Source: Octopus sinensis (lineage: Eukaryota). Taken from it: a stretch of 64,000 bases of DNA. A program made the position numbers and the translations under genes. Every line of letters starts with the position of its first letter. Position 1 is the stretch's first letter. The stretch covers positions 47,802,001 to 47,866,000 of the forward strand of contig NC_042997.1 of assembly GCF_006345805.1 (NCBI RefSeq). Direction: 5' to 3'. The notes below the pieces were generated by a model that was not told the origin of the DNA, made no database searches, and saw nothing but the letters and a program-made list of their open reading frames with translations. Below are positions 25,372 to 38,012 of the stretch, one piece after another.

Positions 25372-25445
<74 letters not shown>
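25026..25445 (+). repeat. (AGAT)n array with (GGAT)n, (AGAC)n and (AGCT)n blocks
   Basis: Direct reading. Confidence 0.95.
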
Positions 25446-26199
25446 TGATTCTTTATTAGTTACACAGGGCTGGACACAGACGGGACAAATTACAAAGTAG
25501 AGCTTTTCTTTTGGGGGAGAAAAAAAAAGATAGATGGATAGATAGATACCTACATACATTCATGCATACATACATACATACATACATACATACATACATA
25601 CATACATACATACATGCATACATATATAAATACATACATACACACATACATACGTATATATGTGCGTACATGCATATACAAAGAAATGACATTACGATGA
25701 AATGGAAAGGAATTCAGAGAGAAATAGATAAACAGAGTGTGTTTAAAGCATATTCTTTTCAATACATAGAAATCATTGTCATAAATATTCGAGTTTACTC
25801 TGAATTGGTTTCCTGTAAACTATGAAACCTGAGATTACAAGAAAAATGACGACTGAATCTTCCCTTAGAAAACTTTTGGTCATAAAAAGAAAGGAAAACA
25901 CAATAATCAGGTATAGATTCGCAACTGTTTATTAAAAGATTCGCAGTGCAACAGGGTCGTACACATTTCAGTTTCAGATTCACATAGTTAAGCATGGATA
26001 GGTGTCTTAATTTCTTTTTTCTGTGACTATGGGCCGCGAACAGAGGACGCAGGCGGTGCAGAGGATGCATTTGCACACCTAAACTTTTGTGGTGGAGCTG
26101 GGGGGTGGAAATTTCAATATTGCACACCAACATATCTTTCTCAGGCTTAGTGTTCAAAAATTGATCTGTATTCCTCGGAATACTACAAGTCACCATTCA

Positions 26200-28830
26200 T
26201 CATCATTGACATCATCTTCTACTGGTACTAAACTTACCATAACTAAGCAATAGCAACAACAAGACCAGCATTGGTAGTCACTCTTCAATGCTACAACAAC
26301 CGATGACCTATTAAACTCCACAATCAAGAACCCTTCACAGTGTAGCTATCCACTTCCTCACCCCCTGAATACAATAACTGGTCCATCATCATCACCGTCA
26401 TCAAGTTCTACTGTTATTACCCTTTCCACAACTAAATTATAGCAACAATGACAAGATCAGCATTTTAAGTCACTCATGAATACTAGAACAATAGATGACC
26501 TATTAAACAACAGTCTCTAGCTCTTCTCCACAGAGCAGCCGCTGAAACTCTTCTCAGAATAACTCAAGAGGTCCATCACCACCATTGTTATCCTATTCTA
26601 GTGTACTATAATTACCACTGCTACTACTTCAATTAATGAAGAATCACCCCTTACTTCACCCTCCACCTGAATCTGAATGTATACCTGACAGCTCCATGAT
26701 AAATCTGCCAACTGTAAATAAAAGAAAATTATGAACACAGGAACCCCCCCCCCCAAATATTCCCCTATTCTTAACGCGTGAGACAATGCATGTGCAGTGA
26801 TTGTAACTTTACCCATTTCCGGGGACAAAGCTCACAATTCGTACAAGAAATACCAGCTAACGCCAAACCGCACATCATCACCACTACCACCATCACTAAA
26901 TGGTAAATCACACTTAATAGCTTCTACCACATGTAACCCGGAATCCTATAATCTGTTGCTATCCCCAACTCAAAGGACTATGTCTAACGTATGACTGTAC
27001 TTTCACTCATCTTCCAGAGACTTGATGCATGATCCCCCCAACCACCATCAGATCCACAGTAGAAACATCCCTTACAGTAGCAGACTTTCATCGAAACGAA
27101 GAAGTCACTCAGATATCTACTGGATACAATACTAAAATCGACAGCCACAAACCACATAAATATAACCAAATTCAACAGTGCAACCATACCAACTGCAGAC
27201 AACAAGCCCTGCCAAAACAAGAAAATTATTTATTAGCGATGATGAATCTGGCAAAAGAAATAAAAAGAACTTCTAGCTCTTGTGCGGCACCAGCCAATGC
27301 TACTACCTCAGGAGACAACCACATCATTTCTGTCATTAACCCACAATCTCAACTCAATAATAATGTCGAATGTACAAGGACTTTCACACTTCCCAAATCG
27401 TTCAAAAGTATCATATTTTTGAGACCTTGCACGAGAGAGGTTTGAACAGCGAGAAAATACAATATCTGTAGCACCAAGTGGAACACATCTGACCCCAGAC
27501 ATATTGGATGTGGAAGCACCTGTTAGGTTATATACTACTCAGAACCTACTACAGAATATGGAAACAAGGAAAAATAGCGAGCTTAATCCAAGAAGACCTG
27601 GCAACAAATGTCTCCCTCTCCCACTCCAACACAGTGAGCGTTATAATGAATGTGACTGACTCTGATTTGATCATAAGCATTACCTAGTGTCTACGGCGGA
27701 GATCACTTCAAAGATGCTTTGTTGCTCATAAATCAAACTTCAAATGAAGCCAACCCACAGGCCAATGTACTTTTAGCAGGAGAATTTAATTTTCCTAGTC
27801 TCAGCTCGCCTGAGGGCTATATCCAACTTGAAATTAAACAACTGAATAGGAAAGATATGAATGCCCTTCTCGATACCACTAAAAATTTCCTGATGCAACA
27901 AATCATTACCCGCCCAACCAGGGGAATGTTACATACTCGATCTAGTTTTTACCACCAATACAGATTTCACTCACAATGTTCAGATCATTCCCACAGCTAT
28001 TTCCGACTACAACATTATACAAGTATTAAGGAGGTCAACTCACAAATAACATTAAACAACTCACACAATTCTTTCATCCCCAGAACTCAACTGCAGAGGC
28101 ACATCTAAAAATAAATGATATGATAGATGATATACTTACAGTAAATGAGCAACATTGAAATCCTGCATCTGGACCATCTGGCTCAGATGCAGGGTTTCAA
28201 TAATCGCCCAGTCATACTTCTTAAAATGTGCAAAAACAGCCTTGTGGAGCCATTAAAGATACTATTTCAAAAGTTGATACATATCAGCGAATTCCCAGAA
28301 CTATTGAAAGAGACAATAGTAACACCTATAGGTTTGCAGCTAAAAATTAGTATTGTTTCTTTAACATCTCACACGTCTAAAATTATCAAAGGAATTTTTC
28401 AAAATAGAATTATTACATACCGTGAGAAAAACAACCACATAAATTCTATAAACCTTCGTGACAAGAGAACCAATAGTTAGGCAAACTGTGTGGAAAACCT
28501 GAGATCTGAACAAGTTAGAATACTGCTCAAAGCTTTGATCTCCTAACTCAACCGGTGTCATAGAAAAAACTGAAGGGTTACGAAGAACGTTTACCAGTAA
28601 CCTATCTTTGCTTAAAAGCTTACCTACTGGGAATATCGGAAATTGTTGCGATTTTACTATATTGAATGCTGTTCCAAATTTCAACATTAGAGAGAATTTT
28701 AACGCACGAATTGTTAGACACCTATCAGCTTCCAAATATACTATCTTTGAAATCACACGCAAAACTCTTTATTGTAAGAGTCTAATATTTAGAGGTCCTT
28801 AACTGTTCAATTACTGTTCCACAGACACAT
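26200..28830 (+). mobile_element. Old, decayed CR1-like LINE (EN domain, RT N-terminus, C-terminus; RT core apparently deleted)
   Basis: Degenerate motifs in order: GTHLTPDILDVEA, NVLLAGEFNFP, MQQIITRPTRG, ILLKMCKNSLVEPLKILFQK..KETIVTPI, SLTSHTSKI, YCKSLIFRGP. The upstream boundary is uncertain. Confidence 0.65.
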
Positions 28831-29110
28831 AATTCTAACTTTCAACCTACATAACACACTAAATAACAAAGGTACACTTCTTTTCAATTACAGATACAAC
28901 CCAATCACCTGTACAATTTTACTTACAAGGTATGTTCAATTCGAGGCTATAGAAAATGAGATTTGCCCAAGAGATCACAAAGTAGATGTGGACCCTGGGC
29001 CGCGTAGGAGCCTCGATCATTCAGTTGTACACTATCTTATAATCTTACATCGCTGTCTATCTCTCCATTCACACACACACACACACACATACACACACAC
29101 ACACACACAG

Positions 29111-29142
<32 letters not shown>

Positions 29143-32100
29143 CCATGTGTGCATGTGTGTGTTTGTGCGTATGCGTGTGTGAGTGCATGCACGTGTATAT
29201 GTATATATAAATGTATACGTATTTCTATATATATATGCGTACATATAAATGGATAGATAGCTAGACATATATGCATATATATGTGCGCGCGCGCGTGTGG
29301 TGTGTGTGTGTCTGTGTGTATGTTTGTGTGTGTATGTGTGTAAATTTATGGCCATGTATGTTTGTTTTTCAATGAATTTGCATTTCAAGCATATTTCAAT
29401 AAATATATCTTTTTTTGTGCCTTGATATTTTAAGGGTCAAATTTCTGGGGAATCAACTTAAATATTCGATTTAAATCTGTTACAGCTTAAATTGTATAAA
29501 TTCCACATTTACTTCTTGTTATTATTATCAGTACTTTTCACGCTTTCGATTTTCTATCAGTTATTTTTCGTTCGAGTAACTCTGATCGAGCAGACCCATG
29601 ATAAATATATTCTACCTGTGACAATTGCATTTCCTTTCTTATTTGTTAGACATAGCAGTTTTACGACTAGTTTAATGTGATATGTTACTTCAGGTGTAAT
29701 CCTTAATGCGACATTGAATTAGATACCATTTTGACAGAAACCATTAGCATTTCTCTCTTTCTTTCTAACGGTTTTGCTACATCACAGAAAGGAAATTACT
29801 TATTAATTGTTGCTCTTTTTATTTGGTTGCAAGCATTACTATAGTTAGCATAGGAATTAATACAGTATTGATTATGTCTTGTTTTCCAAATACTGATGTA
29901 ACTTTTGTAATCGCTGTTGTTTCTGCAGTTTTTCAGTCATTGCTGCTTTCTATATTACAGCTTTCCAACTTTACGGTGTTCCTCTTATTTATTCGACTTC
30001 CATCTTCTTTTGTTCAAACGAACGCATTGCAGAATCTCTTAAATATTTGATTCCCATCAAAAGGGAAGAAAAAATGCCCTAAATTCTTTCTAATCCTTTA
30101 AATCGCTTTGATCATTATATTTACGTTAGTGTCGGTGGGAGTGAAAACGACACAAAGGAGATTAAGTGGCTTAAAATATCTGACGTATTTTTGTATACAC
30201 ACATGCGCACACAGACATAACACTCACACTGTGAGTTTACTACAGCTACCATAGATTCTTATAATGATATTTACCATTGAAACAACAATACTCACACTAA
30301 TAATTCTAGTTGCGCTCATTTTCGATTTCCTTTATTGGAAAATATCTTGAGAAATTTTAGAGGAAAAGAAATGAGAAATTCTAAAATTGATGAGTTTTAT
30401 TAAAGTAAATAACAACCGTATTGTAGCCTCTGTTTATTTGGTAGTTGTGTTGGCATTCACCTGAAGCGATTGCAACAAGAAAATAAACAGTATGAAGAAC
30501 AGAAGCAAAACTCGGTGATGTCAGACATGCGACACGGGATTGTTAGCCACTCGTGATTCTGAAAGTGGACACCAAGCGACAAGTAATTATCGATTCATGA
30601 ATTGATCGAACAGATCTACGTTTACAGCTGCCCTCCTTACACTTCACGTTTCGCTGAAGAGGTTCTGCAGTAATTGCACTGTGAATGAGTTTGCAACGAT
30701 GACGACGGGTTGTGTGTCCAACCCAACAGTCAACACTTCGTGGTAAATTTCCAAAGTTGGTGCCACTTACTCCAGTTTCTGATAGTCGCTGTGTGTTCTG
30801 TATCAACGCAATAATATTCACTGCCATCAGCACGAGCTAAACGAGCCGTGTGCTTTCTGATTACTTGGCAGGATATTCAGTAATTAAAATTACTTTCTAA
30901 TTGATTTGACCAAAATTTCGTACATTTTCGGATGAACAAGAAACAGAATAGAGGGATACTCATGATCTCTCACAAGAATAAGGAAAAAACAAGAAGCTCG
31001 ACATTTTTCAACCAACATTCTTTTACATGGGTATTCCTCAAGATTTTTATTCAGTAAGGTCGCAATATGTCTAATCAATTAGAGAAAAAATATTATTGTG
31101 ATTCATACTTGTGTTAGTAATGTGCTAGTCTAAGCCATTGTATGTGTACATGCAAACATAGTGAATGCTATTTGTTTATGTTTACATGCATATGTGTTTG
31201 TGTGTGTGTATTCGCGTAACTGCGCGTATATGTGTGTTTGAGGGTCCTTGAGTGTACGAGTGCGTATGTGTGTGTGCGTGTGTATGTGTAGGTAGCTTGT
31301 GTCGTTCCACATTGCAACCAGATACAGGACTATTTTTACGCCAGTGTCATTATGCTATCATGCATTTGTAAGAATGTAAACGTTACTTAGGATCAAATAA
31401 TACTGATTTAAGATAAAGTGTTACTTTATAGTACAATAGGTTAGATATTGCTGTGTTTTCTGCTCAACGATATGTTTCTGTTTAAAATTTATGCTCCATA
31501 CAATATCACTGCATAACAATGCTAAACTTTTATACAAATATACACTAAATTGTTATGAAGTACTAATGTATGTATCCTTTAATTCGTTTCGTAAATAAAT
31601 GATTTGTAGCTAATATGTAATTTCTTAAATGTAATATGTTGAGTAGAACTCGTAAAAGAATATGGTTGAATAAGCAAATGATAACCCCTTCTGCATGCAA
31701 AACAATTGTTTTTATCACTAGTTGTATATAACAACAGAGAACTACCAAAGTGTGACGTTTTAGGCTTGCTTTGTTTCCTGATTGGAAATATTGTAATTAT
31801 ACTACAGGTCATGAATCTGGATCAGTTCCTACTCCGAACAGCACACGAAATTCCTTTCATTCTGCATGAACCTATTCGAGCTGACTCCACTCTGTGAATG
31901 CTATTGATGTAGAGGGACTCAGTCCAGTTTCTTTACTCACAATCCGATTTCTTCATCTTTAAAATTTCAAATACATTTTCACGTACGAAAAAAGTCAACC
32001 ATAATGTATTTGAGGAATAGTAAAGGCTTACAAAAGTGTTAGAATACCAGTCTTAGCAAATTTAATTCCTTATCCCAATATCTCGTGTACACATGAAATC

Positions 32101-32894
32101 TGTATTGAATTTCATTTTCATGTCTCCTGAGTAGATGAAGGATACGTTTGTGGAGTAAAACAACATCAATAAGTTACTGGGTTTTTTATTGTGCTGATAG
32201 TAATAGCAAGAATACTAACGGTGACGGCGAAATATGTTTCTTTGGGAATGGGACAAAATGTGAACACTGAACTGCAGAGATCTCAAGAACAAAACAAACA
32301 TGTAAAATAACTTACAAAATGTATTCTTACGTTAGACTTTCCAAAATTCTCCATAACTAACATACATAAATACATCAATTTGTTGGGAATATACCAAACA
32401 CTTGCATTCACTTTATTGATGTGTGTGTGTGCTTTCAGGAATTTTACGAGTATTCGAGGATGAATGTGTAAGTTCGTCTAGTGTGTGTTTTGTTATATAC
32501 ATTTTTTCGACTTCAATACGGTGTAATTCCCGATATCTCTGCAGTTCAGAGTTCACATTTAGTCCCATTCCCCAAAGAAATACCTTTCGACATCACCATC
32601 AGTATCATTGCAATTCCTATCAACACAAGAAAAACCAGTAACCTATTAAAGTTGTATTACATATCTTTTGTCCCTCCCAAATAATTCATGCGGAATCTTA
32701 CTCTTAATCGGCCACTTGTCACATCTAATTTGGTTTAATTATTTTTCACATGGTGTGTCAGGTCACGGGAAGCACGTATCAATTATGCAGATGTCAAGAA
32801 TTTCCTTTTAAATAACATAAAAGGACTTACGCTTTCCCTAACCGACTCCTTCCCTTGTCTGACAGACACACGCCCACACTGATGTGTGCTTATG

Positions 32895-32962
<68 letters not shown>

Positions 32963-33091
32963 GATATTTGTAGACAAACCAATCCCATATATGCACATAT
33001 GTATACATTCATATATATATCTGTATGTATATATATATGCATATATATATATATAGATATGTATATACATATATATACATATATATACACA

Positions 33092-33121
<30 letters not shown>

Positions 33122-33123
<2 letters not shown>

Positions 33124-33300
33124 GTCAATCCAGGCAAGAACAAGCAAGAAAAACAACAACGCGAGGACGTGAAACAAGTAATGTGTTATTGGACGTTCAG
33201 GAAAGGAAAGAAAAGAAACAGGATTTCAGGTTTCGAGCGGAGCTCTTCATCAGAAATATTGAAAAAGTTCAAAGAAGGGAAGACGGAGAAGGAAAATTTC
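33122..33300 (-). mobile_element. Penelope-like terminal remnant, same family as 35718-35895
   Basis: Colinear with 35718-35895 (ATAGT.AATCCA, ACAACGCGAGGAC, CAGGAAAGGAAAG, TTTCGAGCGGAGCTCTTC.TCAGAAA, GAAGGGAAGACGGAGAA); abuts (TA)n. Confidence 0.7.
33223..33257 (-). ncRNA. Minimal hammerhead motif, probably inactivated
   Basis: AUUU-CUGAUGA-A-GAGC-UCC-GCUC-GAAA-C-CUG-AAAU: canonical CUGAUGA and GAAA, stem I AUUU/AAAU, but stem III mismatched and position 17 is G. Confidence 0.5.
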
Positions 33301-35717
33301 CAACACACGCGGTCACACACACACACACACACACATACTCACACACACACGCACACACACACGCACACACACATACACACACATATATGTATGTATATAT
33401 GTATATATATATATATATATATACATATACATACATACACATACATCATATAGATATATATATATATACATGTCATTTATGCATGTATGCATGTTTCTAT
33501 CTATCTATCTATCTATCTATATGTGTATATATATAAACACACACACGCACATTTTTCTCGTGTTGCATTTAAATCAGAGTAAAGATATAGCTACTTTGCT
33601 TGGCGAGTACTACTTCTTGTATTTTTCCTGATATAGTCACTTTCATTATTGTATTCTTTCTTTTTATTTCTAAAGTAGTTGTTAGTATCTATTCTGGAGT
33701 ATGTTACAAATTACTTTCCCAGGCTATTCTTTTCATTTCCTTGGTTTATTAGTGTTTGGTGATAGTTGTAATTGCCGCAGTCGTTATTTGACCATATCAA
33801 AGGGTTACAAAATAACATTTACTCAAGCGTCTCAATATGTGAATAAGAAGAATGAGTATATGGATTTTCATGTTGACTACTAGTATGGTATGGAACTTAT
33901 GTCCGAACCAATCACTTTATAATTTATAAACGAGTGGCTGCGAGAACTACATTGCAACAGTGTGTTTCCTGTCCCCCAAGAAATCAAAATGAGATATTGA
34001 CTTTTTCTATAAAAAGATTTACTTAACTTTAGCAGGAAAACTGTAAAAAATATTAGTGCATTTCGGTATTGAGAGTGCAGTATAATAAAAGGAAAGAATA
34101 CTATTGTATCACTATTGTTCACCAGAGCACGAATCATTTATCATTTTGCAAGAAAAATGCTATAATATTCGTGAATCGTTACTGGAGTGTCGGGATTCAT
34201 AGCTTTTGCAAATACAACCGAATATGATTGCCCTCACTATGTCAGTACCACTGAGACTTTTGTTCAGTGACTTTTTCTCTGAAAGCTATATTAGCGACAA
34301 CTATTGCCTTCAATACAACTGTGCTTTATTTTTGTTTAAAATTAAACACTTTTCAATGCCGACTGTATAACAAACTTGGACTCTCTGGAACATTGTTATT
34401 CATAATATTTCACCAACCTTGAATATATTTGGTTTAAGATCTTCCACCATCAGGACACAACAAACCAATTAATTAAGTGCGCAAAGCAATGTAATTTATG
34501 TTTGACAGAGGTCTTGTATCTCAAACAACTCTCCTCTAGTATTAAAATGAAAAAGGAATTGATAAATAATACACGGATGATATGTAATCCGTTTAGTGAG
34601 TGGGAGAGGGAGAGAGAGAGAGAGACGTGGGAGAGGGAGAGAGAGAGAGAGACGTGGGAAACGAAAATATAAGACAAAAAGAGCTTAGCGTGAAGGGAAC
34701 AGAAATAATGAGACAATGCAGTGGACAAGAAACGGATGGGATAAGGCCCCTTAAATATGCTAGAAATTTCACTGTAGAATAAAAAAGAACTACAAATGTT
34801 GCTGCATAAATGAGCTCATAATTTTATGAATGTGTAAGCATGTATCGAAAATATATATGTTAATAAATATCCTTAAATATGTGAATGATTTAGGGTGCTG
34901 GGATAGAAAGGATTAAGTTCATTGAGCTGTAAAAGACACCTGTAGTGATATGTTTTGTGGTGATAATCAGACATTTTTTCTATAATTTATTTCAATGTAA
35001 CTGGATTTTGAAAAAGTTTAGGTTGAAGTACTTAGGAAACATCAAATTATAAATATTTCAAGAATTAGTTTTTAACAACAGTACGCAGATTACATCTTCT
35101 ATTCTCGTTTCTAAATGTTCTCGATTTTTTAAAATCTTTACATGATTATTGAAGCCATTAACATTTTTCGTTTTCTTGCCAGATGTTAATAATTATTTTA
35201 GCGTCACACCAAGGAAATACTTCAGCATACTGTAGTTCAACGTCTGCCTTACCTACGATTCTTTATGTACTAAGTCAAGGTTCTGGTTTTGCAAGTAGGG
35301 TGTATTATACCTCATTTTTCTGTGCCAGCTTTTAGGATGGCTTGTCGAAATATCTAATCATTCAATCCACTCATTTTTTCTTTTTTATTATTACTTTGCT
35401 ACAGTATGAGAACAGCATATAAATGATGGCCTAATTGCATGCATAAGAACTATTAATCAGCAAAGCTATGGAATTGAAAGGTTTATCTGAAATTGTTGAA
35501 CACATCAGATACAGAAAATTCAGTAATAGTAGAAGTTTAAACCCGTCACATATACACCTACGTGCATATACACATGTACACATATACAAACATACATAAA
35601 TGCATACATATATGTATACATAGTTGCTCGCACATAGGCACACACACATATACATCATTGTGTATGCATATATGTATATGTATATGCTATGTGTGTATGT
35701 ATGCATATATGTATGTA

Positions 35718-35895
35718 TAGTTAATCCAAACATGAACAAAGAGAAAACCCGACAACGCGAGGACATGGAAGAAGTATATTGTTATTAGACGCTCAGGAAA
35801 GGAAAGGAAGCAGGAGGATTCAACGTTTCGAGCGGAGCTCTTCGTCAGAAACATAGAAAAAGGAAAGGTCCGCGGAAGGGAAGACGGAGAAAGAA
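35718..35895 (-). mobile_element. Penelope-like terminal remnant
   Basis: Colinear with 33122-33300; flanked by (TATG)/(TA) microsatellites. Confidence 0.7.
35818..35852 (-). ncRNA. Minimal type-I hammerhead ribozyme motif, intact catalytic core
   Basis: GUUU-CUGACGA-A-GAGC-UCC-GCUC-GAAA-CG-UU-GAAU: canonical core, 4-bp stem II, palindromic ACGU stem III, GUU triplet, stem I with two G.U pairs. Confidence 0.65.
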
Positions 35896-36681
35896 TGTAT
35901 GTATGTATGTAAGTATACAATGATTCATATACATGTATCACATGGAAGGAGGTATTTGATCAAATAGAAGAATACAGTTACGGTTTCATTAAAGTCAGGA
36001 AGTACGACGATATATGTACACAATAAAATCTTATATGACTGCGTGTACATCGAATGTTTTGTGAGTTGTATAGTTTGAACTAGTAACTGCTTGTATTTTT
36101 CCCCTAAACTGAAATAATAGTAGAAAACATAAAGACCGTACGAGATTTGAACTATGTAGACGATTGTTACTAAATTCCGACAAAGTTTTCATTTCCTGTT
36201 TCTCCTATGAAAGAACTGCAAGCTCCACTGTAACGATATATTTAATTAAGTTTTCGGTATTTTCAGCTACTTCCTTTAAGAAAATAGTGAGTAAAGCTAT
36301 CTGTAACTTCATCAAAGACATCATCCTCAGTCGTCTCTAGCGATTATTATATAGCCCTTCAGGGTAGAGGAAAGGGTGAAATTTGAGCAATTAAGCATAA
36401 TTCTGTTTTTCTGTAATGAAGTTGCATAGCTTGAAGAAAACATCTGAGTCAATAAAGAATACATAATTCGGACATGTCCGCAGACTTAGACACAGTACCG
36501 TCCTTCTTATCGTTCAGTTTTACCTCGAACTGACTTAATTAGCAGCTAAGATCTGATATAATTCAATTTGTGGACCCGGTCACGCGCACGCATTTATACA
36601 AGCTGCAACAATACACATGAACATACATATACGCGTATATGGGTCTATGAATATGCATTTTTGTGAGTCAATCCTATAGTT

Positions 36682-36689
36682 CCTTAACA

Positions 36690-36724
<35 letters not shown>

Positions 36725-36736
36725 GTAGTAGTAGTA
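36682..36736 (+). repeat. (TAG)n microsatellite
   Basis: Direct reading. Confidence 0.9.
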
Positions 36737-37604
36737 AGATCTATTCTACTCTCTCTTTATTTTATATGCCTACCCTTCACTTTCATTTCCAAATCTTTAC
36801 CTTCCTTCGAGAAATTCAACTCATTATTGTCCGTCAGCCTAACACTTTTCATGCATATTTCCCTCCTTTTTACGCTCTCCCTTCTCACTCGTTTCCTTGT
36901 ATTTTACTCCAGTCTTCTCCATCATTTTCTTTCAGTCTCTCCTTTCTTTCGAAATGTTTTCTAATAACATTTTCTGGTTTTCTTTGAATATTTCTTTATA
37001 CTCATTCCAATGGTATCCCCGACAAAATCTTTCATATTTCTCTCTATGCAATATTTATTTTATCTATAATATATTCAGAAATCTTTCCAATTTCCTATAT
37101 AATTCTCTATGCTTTCCTTCACATTGTAATATATTTGGCATATATATCATTTGATGTCATGTGTATTTATCCAGTTTAATTATCTGTTAGCATCAATAAG
37201 CTTCGTATTGTACAGACGTACAACGAAAAGCAATTGTTAAAAATGAATACGTCTCAGCATAGATTAATAATAAAGTAAATATTGGGTAATGATGAATTTA
37301 TTCAAACCACTATTTTCACGTTTCGCACACGCGCGTATAGAAACACAGGTATACACACATTCACATTCAGACTCACGCATATTTACACGAAAGTACAACA
37401 CACAAATGCACATATGTAAAATTACCTTTATGTATATATCATGGCCTAATTAATGAGTGTGTTGAAAACTTCTGTTTGGATCTCGATTTACATAAACTCA
37501 ACAACGGAGCCATAGAATATAAATCATAGAATTGCAAAAGAAAGAAAGAATTGTTAGAACGCAGACGGAATATGTCAAACTAAATGAAAAATCATTTTAT
37601 AAGA

Positions 37605-38012
37605 TTCTTTTACTTGTTTCAGTCATTTGACTACGGTCATGCTGGGGCACCACTTTTAATCTAACAAATCGGCCCCAGGACTTATTCTTTGTAAGCCTGG
37701 TACTTATTGTATCGGTATATTGTGCTGAACTGCTAAGTTACAGGAACGCCAACACACCAACATCTATTGTCAAGCGATGGGGGTGGACAAACGCAGTCAT
37801 ACACACAAATACACACATACACACACTCACACAAACACACATACACATATATACGACAGACTTCTTTCCGTTTCCGCCTACCAAATCCACTCAAATGGCT
37901 TTGGTCGGCTGGAGGCTATAGTAGAAGAAAGTGGCCCAAGGTTCCACACAGTGGGACTGAACCCAGAACCATGTCGATGGGAAGCAAACTTCTCATCACA
38001 CAACCACATACA
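37605..38012 (-). mobile_element. SINE family A, near full length, diverged
   Basis: Reverse complement is colinear with 13281-13678 and 55193-55600, including the internal microsatellite. Confidence 0.88.

Noticed and set aside
31808-31869. Possible terminal exon xHESGSVPTPNSTRNSFHSA-stop
   Set aside because: The acceptor lacks a pyrimidine tract, and the peptide is short and not diagnostic.
34174-34420. Met-less open frame starting IVTGVSGFIA, like a Rossmann GxxGxxA motif
   Set aside because: Nothing downstream resembles a dehydrogenase and there are no splice signals; treated as coincidence.
36740-37150. Strongly pyrimidine-skewed stretch, possibly a decayed LINE 3' region on the minus strand
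   Set aside because: No motif could be read with confidence.
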